A DNA stretch of 64,000 bases, taken from Turneriella sp. (lineage in GTDB: Bacteria > Spirochaetota > Leptospiria > Turneriellales > Turneriellaceae). Location: contig CBDIID010000003.1 of NCBI GenBank assembly GCA_965279515.1, positions 512,001-576,000 of the forward strand, read 5' to 3'. How positions within the stretch are numbered: position 1 is the stretch's first letter; every line of letters begins with the position of its first letter. Shown here in pieces: positions 55,464-64,000 of this stretch. The notes under the pieces were generated by a model, which searched no databases, was not told the origin of the DNA, and saw only the letters and a program-made list of their open reading frames with translations. A program made the translations under genes and the position numbers.

Positions 55464-56335
55464 GCCTCCTCTTTGCGCCCCATGGCGAATTGCAAAATCG
55501 CGTCGCCGATCGGCAGAATTTTTTCGTTATTTTTTTTGTGCGTGAGATAAAACTTGCGGCGGCGGCTGAGCTCTGTCACGCCCAGGGGGATAAGCTTATC
55601 GGTGAGCGAGAGATTCGAGATAAAACCGACCCCCAAACCCGCCTCGAGACAGCGCACGACGCCGGCAACGCTGCGCAGCTCCATCGCCACCCGGGGCTGA
55701 AAGCGGTTCTCCGCTTCCTTAAGAATGCCGTCGCTGATCTTGCGGATTGCCGAGCCGGGGTGGAACAGAATCCATTCGCGGGCCTTGAGCTTTTCCCAAT
55801 CGGCGCCCTTAAGCGCCAGGGTATCGGCGGCGCTGACGGCGGGTAATATTTCATCTTCGAGCAGATAGCGGTTTGTATACGCGGCATCTGACAAGGGTTC
55901 GGGACTGAGGGCGAAATCCACAGCATCTTCGCGCAGCGCCGCCCTGATCTCGGTGAGATTACTCTCGATCACGCGGAAACGCGTGCCGCTGAAACGGCGC
56001 CTGAGATCGACCAGCAGCTGCGGCACAAAGTGCGCCGCCAGGGTCTCTCCCACTGCGAAAGAAATCTGCCGCAGCGGTTCGCCGGTCTTTACCGCACTTT
56101 CCAGGTCGGCGATGCTGATGAGAATCGCCGAGGCTTTTTCGGCAAACGCTTCGCCGGCAGCTGTCGGTTTCATGCCGCGTTTCGAGCGCTCAAAAAGACT
56201 GATTTTCAGCTCACGCTCGAGCAGCGCAATCTGCTGCGAGAGCGCGGGCTGGGTAACGGAGAGATTTTCAGCGGCGAGCGAGATACTGCCCGTGCGGTAG
56301 ATTTCGGCGAAATATTTTAGCTGGCGGATTTCCAC
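55460..56335 (-). CDS. LysR-type regulator
   Basis: EIRQLKYF...SISLAAENL.VTQPALSQQI..LE; GTG start. Confidence 0.93.
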   Translation of the reverse strand: MEIRQLKYFAEIYRTGSISLAAENLSVTQPALSQQIALLERELKISLFERSKRGMKPTAAGEAFAEKASAILISIADLESAVKTGEPLRQISFAVGETLAAHFVPQLLVDLRRRFSGTRFRVIESNLTEIRAALREDAVDFALSPEPLSDAAYTNRYLLEDEILPAVSAADTLALKGADWEKLKAREWILFHPGSAIRKISDGILKEAENRFQPRVAMELRSVAGVVRCLEAGLGVGFISNLSLTDKLIPLGVTELSRRRKFYLTHKKNNEKILPIGDAILQFAMGRKEEA

Positions 56336-56383
56336 GCTACTCCCTGGCCCCTCCCCAATACATGGAGATGGGGAACTTTTATC

Positions 56384-56400
56384 CATAACTTAATGTTATG
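56384..56400. promoter_or_regulatory. LysR T-N11-A box
   Basis: Inverted repeat CATAAC-TTAAT-GTTATG centred ~64 bp upstream of the leuC ATG. Confidence 0.65.
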
Positions 56401-56421
56401 TATACCATAGCAACTATTTAA

Positions 56422-56449
56422 TTGACTTATGAAAAGAATGTGGTATATT
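56422..56449 (+). promoter_or_regulatory. leuC promoter
   Basis: TTGACT-16bp-TATATT with extended TG, 6 nt before ATG. Confidence 0.6.
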
Positions 56450-56455
56450 CCCAGC

Positions 56456-57883
56456 ATGGCAAAAACATTATTTGAAAAAGTCTGGGATGCCCATGTTGTC
56501 GACATCCCGGAAAAAAGCGAAAACAAGAACCTGATCTACATCGACCTGCACCTCGTGCACGAAGTCACGAGCCCCCAGGCCTTCGACGGGCTGCGCATGA
56601 ACAAGCGTAAGGTACGCCGCCCCGATCTCACGTTTGCCACCATGGACCACAACGTGCCCACCCGGAGCTCTCGTATCGATGCGAATGGAAACCCGGTTGT
56701 CAAAGACCCGATCAGCGCCAAACAAATGGAGTTCCTCAAGCGTAACTGCGACGAATTCGGCGTGCCCTGCTTTGACCTCAAAAGTTATAATCAGGGCGTC
56801 GTGCACGTCATCGGCCCCGAATTGGGATTAACCCTGCCGGGGAAAACCGTGGTCTGCGGCGACTCACATACCTCGACGCATGGCGCATTCGGCGCGCTCG
56901 CCTTCGGTATCGGTACCAGCGAAGTCGAGCATGTGCTCGCGACGCAGTGCCTCGTGCAGTCGAAGGCGAAAACGATGCGCGTTAACTTTAAGGGCAAACT
57001 CAACCCCGGCGTCTATGCAAAAGATATGGTGCTCGCGCTCATCGGCAAGATCGGCACCGCCGGCGCGACGGGCTTCGTACTCGAATACGCCGGCGAAACG
57101 ATCGAGGCCCTTTCGATGGAAGGCCGCATGACCATCTGCAATATGTCGATCGAGGCCGGTGCGCGTGCGGGCATGGTCGCCCCCGACGAAAAAACTTTTG
57201 CCTACCTCAAGGACCGCGAGCATTCACCTAAGGGTGACGCGTGGGACAAAGCAGTCGCATACTGGAAGACGCTGAAGACAGATGCCGGGGCAAAATTTGA
57301 CGTCGAAATTGAAATCGACTGCAGCAAGCTCGCACCGCAGGTCACCTGGGGTACGTCCCCCGGTATGGTGACCGATATCGTCACCAATGTCCCCATGCTC
57401 TCTGACGCGAAGGATGAAGTCGAACGTGTCGGCTTCAAAAAGGCGCTCGAGTATATGGATTTCGCCGAAGGCACGTCGATGGAAAAGATCCAGCTCGACA
57501 AAGTCTTTATCGGCTCTTGCACCAATTCACGCATCGAAGATTTACGTGAAGCGGCGAAGGTCATCAAGAACCGCAAGGTTTCATCGTCGATTAAACTCGC
57601 GATGGTGGTTCCCGGTAGCCACCGCGTCAAAGACCAGGCCGAAGCCGAAGGTTTGCACAAGGTATTCACCGCGGCAGGTTTTGAGTGGCGTGAACCAGGC
57701 TGCTCGATGTGCCTCGCGATGAACGACGATGTTTTGGAACCGGGCGAGCGCTGCGCTTCGACATCGAACCGCAATTTCGAAGGCCGCCAGGGCAAAGGCG
57801 GCCGCACATACCTGGTATCGCCTGTCATGGCAGCACTCGCGGCAATCCACGGTCATTTTGTAGATGCAAGGACAGAGGTGTAA
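56456..57883 (+). CDS. leuC: 3-isopropylmalate dehydratase large subunit
   Basis: [39 protein letters not shown]. Confidence 0.97.
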   Translation: MAKTLFEKVWDAHVVDIPEKSENKNLIYIDLHLVHEVTSPQAFDGLRMNKRKVRRPDLTFATMDHNVPTRSSRIDANGNPVVKDPISAKQMEFLKRNCDEFGVPCFDLKSYNQGVVHVIGPELGLTLPGKTVVCGDSHTSTHGAFGALAFGIGTSEVEHVLATQCLVQSKAKTMRVNFKGKLNPGVYAKDMVLALIGKIGTAGATGFVLEYAGETIEALSMEGRMTICNMSIEAGARAGMVAPDEKTFAYLKDREHSPKGDAWDKAVAYWKTLKTDAGAKFDVEIEIDCSKLAPQVTWGTSPGMVTDIVTNVPMLSDAKDEVERVGFKKALEYMDFAEGTSMEKIQLDKVFIGSCTNSRIEDLREAAKVIKNRKVSSSIKLAMVVPGSHRVKDQAEAEGLHKVFTAAGFEWREPGCSMCLAMNDDVLEPGERCASTSNRNFEGRQGKGGRTYLVSPVMAALAAIHGHFVDARTEV

Positions 57884-57885
57884 CA

Positions 57886-58488
57886 ATGGAAAAATTTCAA
57901 ACTATCGAATCTAAGGCATGCCCACTCGACATGCCGAATGTCGACACCGACCAGATCATCCCGAAGAATTTTCTGAAGCGTGTCGAGCGCACGGGTTTTG
58001 GGCAGTTTCTGTTCAACGACTGGCGCTTTAAGGACGACGGCTCGGAAAACCCGGACTTCGTGCTGAATAAACCGGAACATAAAGGCGCGCACATACTCTT
58101 TGCGCGGGATAATTTCGGTTGTGGGTCATCGCGCGAACATGCGCCCTGGGCACTGTTGGATTATGGCTTCAGGGTGATTGTTGCCCCCTCGTATGCCGAC
58201 ATCTTCTATAACAATTGTTTCCAGAATGGCATCCTGCCGATCAGGCTCGACAGTGCGAAGGTAGAAGAGCTCTTTCAAGCTGTGAAAGCGGATGCGCAGG
58301 CGACGTTTAAAATTGATCTGACAGCGAAGACGATTAGCTTTGCAGGGAAAGTAATCCCCTTTGAAATCGGCGAGGCGATGCGGCAAAAGCTGCTCGAAGG
58401 CCTCGACGACATCGGCTGGACCTTGCAGTTCGACAAGGAAATCGCCAGTTACGAAAAAACAACGAAGGCCGGAATCGCGGTAGCCTAG
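57886..58488 (+). CDS. leuD: 3-isopropylmalate dehydratase small subunit
   Basis: NVDTDQIIPK, NFGCGSSREHAPW, GLDDIG. Confidence 0.97.
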   Translation: MEKFQTIESKACPLDMPNVDTDQIIPKNFLKRVERTGFGQFLFNDWRFKDDGSENPDFVLNKPEHKGAHILFARDNFGCGSSREHAPWALLDYGFRVIVAPSYADIFYNNCFQNGILPIRLDSAKVEELFQAVKADAQATFKIDLTAKTISFAGKVIPFEIGEAMRQKLLEGLDDIGWTLQFDKEIASYEKTTKAGIAVA

Positions 58489-58494
58489 CCGCGA

Positions 58495-59931
58495 TTAAAA
58501 CCGCACAACCGTCGCAAGCGAGGCGCCGAGAAAAAGCGCCGGGTTTGTGGAATCAAAAACGTACTGCCCGTGGCCCTGGAGTGCAAAACCCCAGCGCGGG
58601 CTAACAAGATATGTCATGAGAAAACCACCGCCGCCGGAGGGCAAAAGCACATAAAAACTGCCCGCCGCGGCCTTAATGTCGGCGATAAAAATGCCAGCCC
58701 CCAGATAAGCAGAGAATGATAGTTTGTTTTTCGTGATCGTCTGTCCTGGGCCCGCGAGAAGACTGCCGCCCAGCATGCGTGAAACGTTATCTTTGGGAAA
58801 TCCGTAATAGCCTTCGAATTGCACATGCGGCTCGAACCAGCGCGTGATACGCGCCGAGCCGTGCAGACTGAGGCCCGTCATCACACCCAGCCTGTCCCCC
58901 GAGGTCAGCATGCCCTTGCTGACGGCGGCGCCCCAATAGAGCGAAAAGCGCGGATCGCTGCCGCTGGTATCTTTTTTCAGTTCAACCTTGCCGCGCACCT
59001 GCTCTTCAATCGCCGCAAGCTGTTTAGTCTTTTCTTCGGGCGTGGCGCCGACAGCGTAAGAGACCTGAGCGACCTTATTCGAGCCAATGGCCGTGATATT
59101 GACTTTGTTATCGCTCACGAGTACAATCATCGCGTCCGAGATGCCGTAATTTTCGAGCCATAATTGCAGGCGGGAGCGCTCGCGGCGCCGCGCATAACCC
59201 AGCGAGATTTCCTGTTCGTGCTGCGTCACATGGTACTCGTCGTAAAATTCGTAGATCGTGATATAACGCCCGGGAGTGCGGAGTGCGAGCTCTTGTTTTA
59301 GCAGCCGCAGCTCGTCCTTCGCCTGTTTCTCTTCTTCTACGTTGGAAAACGAAGGCACCAGCACCAGTAGCTTCAGGTTTTTCTTGCTGCTCGCAGCACT
59401 CTGATTCGACTGCAGGGCGAATTTATAGATCTCAGAAACAATCTCTGCGGCCATCTGGTCGATGTTCTTAAATATTTTCGCATTTATCGGCGTACGGTTC
59501 TCGACATGCCCAATGACCTTGTTCCCCGCGGCGTTGAAAATTACCGCATGCAGCACGAGTTCCTGGTTTGCCTGGTCGGCGACGAAGTTGCCGTAGATGA
59601 GGATATCCGCCTGCGACAAGCGTGCAATCGTTGCCGCATCTTCTTTCGAATACCGGGTTCCGCCGCTACCGCCCGCGGCGACGCTCGCCGGTGTGACCTG
59701 TGAGGCGGCGGACTGCACTTTACTTTCTTCAAGGCGTATATACTCAAACCGCGATTTCATAGACAGGTCGATAGCATCCGGCAAACTCTTCTCGACCCAT
59801 TCAAAATCGTCGCTATTGGTATTATTGATAAAACGCACGATACCGACGCGTGCCAGATCGGATGCAGCTTCGGCAAAGAGCGGAGCTGCACTGAAACCCA
59901 GCAATGCCAGTAAATACGTCACGATGCGCAT
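58495..59931 (-). CDS. Exported protein with TolB-N/CsgG-like N-terminal domain and beta-barrel-like C-terminus
   Basis: Signal peptide; RVGIVRFIN...ADILIYGNF; terminal Phe after amphipathic strands. Confidence 0.6.
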   Translation of the reverse strand: MRIVTYLLALLGFSAAPLFAEAASDLARVGIVRFINNTNSDDFEWVEKSLPDAIDLSMKSRFEYIRLEESKVQSAASQVTPASVAAGGSGGTRYSKEDAATIARLSQADILIYGNFVADQANQELVLHAVIFNAAGNKVIGHVENRTPINAKIFKNIDQMAAEIVSEIYKFALQSNQSAASSKKNLKLLVLVPSFSNVEEEKQAKDELRLLKQELALRTPGRYITIYEFYDEYHVTQHEQEISLGYARRRERSRLQLWLENYGISDAMIVLVSDNKVNITAIGSNKVAQVSYAVGATPEEKTKQLAAIEEQVRGKVELKKDTSGSDPRFSLYWGAAVSKGMLTSGDRLGVMTGLSLHGSARITRWFEPHVQFEGYYGFPKDNVSRMLGGSLLAGPGQTITKNKLSFSAYLGAGIFIADIKAAAGSFYVLLPSGGGGFLMTYLVSPRWGFALQGHGQYVFDSTNPALFLGASLATVVRF

Positions 59932-60098
59932 AGATATGAGACGTCTACAAGTCATCATTGAGGCGCTTTTTCTCACAAATTTACGACCAGCATCGAAGGC
60001 AGGCGATATCCCGGTGACACATTCTGGCAATACTTTTCCCTGATTTGGCCCGGGTGCATAGTGGTTTACCGCCTTTCACCATAGCCTGTTGTATGTGC

Positions 60099-61787
60099 AT
60101 GACCAAACCCTCCCCCCGCGAATTTTCAACGCAGATCGTCGATGGTGTCGATCGCACACCCTCGCGCGCGATGCTGCGGGCTGTCGGTTTTACCGATGCC
60201 GACTTTACGCGCTCGGTCATCGGTGTCGCGAGTACCTGGTCGATGGTGACGCCGTGCAACATGCACATCAATCACCTCGCCGATGAAACCGAAAAGGGTA
60301 TCAACGCTGCAGGTGGCAAGGCAGTGCAGTTTAATACAATCACCGTCTCAGACGGCATCTCGATGGGCTCGGAAGGTATGAAATATTCGCTCGTCTCGCG
60401 CGAGGTCATCGCCGATTCGATCGAAACCGTCGTCGGCGCGCAGGGCTTTGACGGCTTTGTCGCCCTCGGCGGCTGCGACAAGAATATGCCGGGCTGCGTC
60501 ATCGCCATCGCCCGCCTCAACCGCCCGGCGGTCTTCGTCTATGGCGGCACGATCATGCCGGGCAAACATTCCGACGGGCGCGATCTCGATATTGTTTCCA
60601 TCTTTGAAGGAGTCGGTGCACATGCGAACCACCGCCTTTCCGATGCGGGCCTGAAAGAAATTGAAGAGCGGGCAATTCCCGGGCCGGGTTCATGCGGGGG
60701 GATGTACACTGCGAACACCATGGCCTCCGCGATTGAAGCCCTCGGCCTGAGTTTACCCAACAGCAGTGCACAGAATGCGATCTCGCAAGATAAAAAAGAT
60801 GATTGCCGCCGCGCCGGTGAAGCCGTTTTGAATATGCTGAAAAAGGGTATCCGCCCGTCAGATATCCTCACTAAAAAAGCCTTTGAGAACGCGATCACTC
60901 TCATCATCGCGCTCGGCGGCTCAACCAATGCAGTGCTGCACCTCATCGCCATGGCACACTCGGCGAATGTCAAAATCTCCCTCGCGGATTTCACGCGCTT
61001 GGGAAAAAAAGTTCCCGTGCTGGCAGACTTAAAGCCGAGCGGCAAATATCTCATGAGCCGCCTCATCGAAATCGGCGGCACGCTGCCGCTGATGAAGATG
61101 CTGTTCGACAAAGGCCTCATCCACGGCGATGCGTTGACGGTTACCGGCAAGACGGTCGCCGAAAATCTCAAAGACATAAAACCTTATCCCGCAAACCAGG
61201 ACATCGTCCGCACATTTGAAAATCCCATTAAAAAGGACAGTCACCTGGTGATCTGTTATGGCAGTCTTGCCCCCGGGGGGGCGGTCGCAAAAATTTCAGG
61301 CAAAGAAGGACTCTATTTCAAAGGCAGGGCGAAAGTTTTCAACCGCGAAGAAGACACGCTGCCGGCAATTCTCAGTGGTAAAATCAAAAAGGGTGACGTC
61401 ATAGTCATCCGCAATGAAGGCCCAAGAGGCGGCCCGGGTATGCGCGAGATGCTCTCACCCACTTCAGCCGTCATGGGTAAGGGACTTGGCAAAGATGTCG
61501 CGCTCATCACTGATGGCCGTTTTTCAGGCGGCACGCACGGTTTTGTCGTTGGCCATATCACACCCGAAGCCTTTGACGGCGGCCCGATCGCCCTCATCAA
61601 AAACGGCGATGAAATTGAAATCGACGCAAAAAAGATGCAGGTCAACCTGCTTGTCGATAAAAAAGAAATCGCGAAACGGAAAAAGGCGTGGAAGCAACCC
61701 AAAAGCAGATACACGCGCGGCGTGCTGGCCAAATACCGCAAGCTGGTATCGTCGGCCTCTGAAGGCGCGGTAACCGATGGCACATGA
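60099..61787 (+). CDS. ilvD: Dihydroxy-acid dehydratase
   Basis: [43 protein letters not shown]. Confidence 0.97.
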   Translation: MTKPSPREFSTQIVDGVDRTPSRAMLRAVGFTDADFTRSVIGVASTWSMVTPCNMHINHLADETEKGINAAGGKAVQFNTITVSDGISMGSEGMKYSLVSREVIADSIETVVGAQGFDGFVALGGCDKNMPGCVIAIARLNRPAVFVYGGTIMPGKHSDGRDLDIVSIFEGVGAHANHRLSDAGLKEIEERAIPGPGSCGGMYTANTMASAIEALGLSLPNSSAQNAISQDKKDDCRRAGEAVLNMLKKGIRPSDILTKKAFENAITLIIALGGSTNAVLHLIAMAHSANVKISLADFTRLGKKVPVLADLKPSGKYLMSRLIEIGGTLPLMKMLFDKGLIHGDALTVTGKTVAENLKDIKPYPANQDIVRTFENPIKKDSHLVICYGSLAPGGAVAKISGKEGLYFKGRAKVFNREEDTLPAILSGKIKKGDVIVIRNEGPRGGPGMREMLSPTSAVMGKGLGKDVALITDGRFSGGTHGFVVGHITPEAFDGGPIALIKNGDEIEIDAKKMQVNLLVDKKEIAKRKKAWKQPKSRYTRGVLAKYRKLVSSASEGAVTDGT

Positions 61788-61800
61788 GGGGCAAATACGC

Positions 61801-61829
61801 TTGACGATACGATGTGACATCGTATCGAT
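61801..61829 (+). promoter_or_regulatory. vapBC promoter/operator
   Basis: TTGACG overlapping the perfect inverted repeat CGATACGATGT-G-ACATCGTATCG. Confidence 0.7.
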
Positions 61830-61834
61830 TGCTC

Positions 61835-62056
61835 ATGAAAGTCACTGCCCTCATGGATGACCAGCTGATCGACGATGTCCGCACATTCTCGGGTGGTCGA
61901 AATATCACCGAATCGATGGTTATAGCACTGACAGACTGGCTCCGTATCCAGAAGATTAAAGAATTAAACCGTAAGCTCGATGCCGAGCCACTCCAGTTCC
62001 AAGATGGCTTCTCCGCTGAAAAAGTCCGCAAGCTGAACCGGCGAAACAGAACTTGA
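61835..62056 (+). CDS. vapB: VapB-type antitoxin
   Basis: MKVTALMDDQLI...NITES...AL.DW; overlaps the PIN-domain gene. Confidence 0.8.
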   Translation: MKVTALMDDQLIDDVRTFSGGRNITESMVIALTDWLRIQKIKELNRKLDAEPLQFQDGFSAEKVRKLNRRNRT

Positions 62057-62445
62057 TCCTGGTCGACACCTCAGTCTGGATCGAATATCTAAGAAACCGA
62101 TCTCCTTATAAACAGATACTCCGGCATCATCTGGAAGTCGGCGATATCGCCACAACGGGAACGATCTTCGGTGAACTGTTGCAGGGCGCGAAAAACCAAA
62201 AAGAAGCCGACCGCCTCCTTGCTTTTTTCGATGCCCTTCCACAGATCGAAGCCGGAAACGATATTTGGATCGCGGCAGGCCTGATGTCGCGTTCTGCAAA
62301 AGCGGCTTCCCGTGGCGTCGGCCTTGTTGACATAGCGATCATCGCTGCCGCCCGCCGCGCCGGCGCCCGTATCTGGTCACACGACAAAGGACTGCTCTCA
62401 CTGCTAAAACACGAGGAAAAATTCCATGCAAAAACAAAACCGTAA
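62053..62445 (+). CDS. vapC: VapC PIN-domain toxin
   Basis: ILVDTSVWI, GELLQG, LVDIAI, WSHDK. Confidence 0.9.
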   Translation: MILVDTSVWIEYLRNRSPYKQILRHHLEVGDIATTGTIFGELLQGAKNQKEADRLLAFFDALPQIEAGNDIWIAAGLMSRSAKAASRGVGLVDIAIIAAARRAGARIWSHDKGLLSLLKHEEKFHAKTKP

Positions 62446-63814
62446 TCTACTGCTTCTCGCGGCATTTCTGCTGCTGTCACTCTCAGGCACGGGTTCTTAT
62501 TATTTCTACCATAACTATTACCTGCCGCAAAAATTTGTAAAACTCACCGAAAAAATAAAGCAGGGTGTGATGGCGGGCATGGACGAGGAAAAACTCGCGA
62601 GCCAGGTCATCCACATCGCGATTCCGGGAACGGAACTCAACGATCAGAACCGCAAGATCATCAGCGAGCTGAAACCCGGCGGTATTATCTTCTTCGGCTT
62701 TAATCTCGAAAGCGCCGAACAGATCAAAAAATTCACTGGCGACCTGCAAAAGCTCGCGGCCGAGCTAAGGCTGCCGCCATTTCTCATTTCCACCGATCAG
62801 GAAGGTGGTTATGTAAAAAGGGTGCAGGATGGCGTATTGCAGACACCCCCCGCACGCAACCTGGGCGACAGCGGCGATAAGGAACTCTGCCGGGCGACCG
62901 GGTATCAGGTGAGCCGTGACCTCGGCAACCTTGGTATCAATGTGTTCTTCGCGCCGATCGTCGATGTGAATAATAATCCGAAAAACCCCGTGATTGGCCT
63001 GAGATCATTCGGCACTACGCTTCAGGCCGTGCTCGACTGCGCGCTGCCCTTTGAACAGGGTGCCCGCATGGCTTACCATGAAGGCGGGGCAATGCCGGTG
63101 ATTAAACATTTTCCCGGCCATGGCGATACCCATGTCGACAGCCACTGGGCGCTGCCGGTGATCGACAAGACGCTCGAAGAGCTGCGCACGCTGGAGCTCA
63201 TCCCCTTCCGCGACGCCATCGTTTCAGGTGCACCCGCCGTGATGACCGCGCACATTCTCTTCACGCAGATAGACAAAGATGTGCCGGCGACGCTTTCGAA
63301 AAAATGGCTGACAGATATTTTGCGCGGCGAACTGAAATTCACAGGGCTGGTATTCACCGACGCGATGGAGATGAGCGCAGTGGCAAAACACTATGCAGCG
63401 ATCAACAGGCCGGTAACGGCATTGACGGCCGGCGCAGATGTCTTGCTCTATACTTCATGGCAGGATGACCCGCCCGAGGCACGCAAACAGATTCTGGACG
63501 AACTCAAAACCGGCAGCTTTAAAGCACCGAATCCTGAAGCCGCACCCTCGCCGCTCGCACGCGCGGTGACAAACCAGGTTCAGGCAAAGTTGCCTTACCT
63601 CAAAATCGAACAATATCTAAGCGCCGAAGAGGGACGCTGGTATATTGAATACCGCAAGAAAATCCAGACGCCGAAAAACGCGGACAGAATCGTCTACGAT
63701 GCCGATGCGCTGAAAAAGAAATTTGCTGACATCCGCTGGTCGGCGAAGCAGAAACGCAACCAGCCGCAATGGCTCGCGGGAAAAAAGAATCACCCCGCAC
63801 CGGCCGGGAAGTAA
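62426..63814 (+). CDS. nagZ: GH3 beta-N-acetylhexosaminidase (NagZ-like), N-terminally anchored
   Basis: DQEGG, RSFG, KHFPGHGDTHVDSH, TDAMEM. Confidence 0.88.
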   Translation: MQKQNRNLLLLAAFLLLSLSGTGSYYFYHNYYLPQKFVKLTEKIKQGVMAGMDEEKLASQVIHIAIPGTELNDQNRKIISELKPGGIIFFGFNLESAEQIKKFTGDLQKLAAELRLPPFLISTDQEGGYVKRVQDGVLQTPPARNLGDSGDKELCRATGYQVSRDLGNLGINVFFAPIVDVNNNPKNPVIGLRSFGTTLQAVLDCALPFEQGARMAYHEGGAMPVIKHFPGHGDTHVDSHWALPVIDKTLEELRTLELIPFRDAIVSGAPAVMTAHILFTQIDKDVPATLSKKWLTDILRGELKFTGLVFTDAMEMSAVAKHYAAINRPVTALTAGADVLLYTSWQDDPPEARKQILDELKTGSFKAPNPEAAPSPLARAVTNQVQAKLPYLKIEQYLSAEEGRWYIEYRKKIQTPKNADRIVYDADALKKKFADIRWSAKQKRNQPQWLAGKKNHPAPAGK

Positions 63815-63881
63815 CCACGGCGGCGCGGCGAACACGGCGCTTCGCCTATTTCCCGCCGTGTCCTCCGTGATCGCCGTGGTT
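63813..63881. repeat. 9-bp-period palindromic repeat (CACGG / CCGTG units)
   Basis: AACCACGGCG GCGCGGCGA ACACGGCG ... CGCCGTGTCCT CCGTGATCG CCGTGGTT. Confidence 0.7.
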
Positions 63882-63888
63882 TTTGTCC

Positions 63889-63999
63889 TTATTTATCCTG
63901 GCTTGAGGGTTTAAAGCGCACGAGTTCGTAGTTGCCGTACTTTTTATAATAGGCCTTTTTTTGCGCAAACGCCTTCTCGGTCAGCTGATTGTACAAACC
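63889..63999 (-). CDS. 3' end of a gene extending beyond the window
   Basis: Open frame ...GLYNQLTEKAFAQKKAYYKKYGNYELVRFKPSSQDK*. Confidence 0.45.
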   Translation of the reverse strand, partial: GLYNQLTEKAFAQKKAYYKKYGNYELVRFKPSSQDK

Positions 64000-64000
64000 C

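Overview
The window has two parts. Positions 1-~7163 are the early/replication arm of a Mu-like transposable prophage: a DDE transposase, an AAA+ ATPase with a C-terminal HTH, Gam, GemA/gp16, DUF1643 and a tightly overlapping chain of small ORFs, four of which are missing from the ORF track. This arm is transcribed toward a candidate element end (...GACA at 7160-7163) just past the yggS stop. The remaining ~57 kb is host chromosome, probably a Leptospiraceae/Turneriella-like spirochete (inference from gene content only). It holds yggS; yajC-secDF joined to a three-subunit transhydrogenase; a LipB-DUF309 fusion; a complete glutathione cluster (grx-bolA-grxD-gshA-gshB-ABC-gloB); an APS-reductase-type sulfate assimilation operon; pgk; a desaturase/fadD/alkB locus; efp and a Zn-free rpmG with a strong candidate structured RNA between them; a PD40-OmpA gene divergent from exbBD/tolQR; mutL; a Zn-free dksA with a degenerate UDG-like partner; LysR-leuCD; ilvD; vapBC; and nagZ. 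The intergenic spaces carry several palindromic repeat families, and several genes look leaderless. No tRNA, rRNA or CRISPR array was recognised. All functional calls come from motif recognition by eye; no database searches were run.
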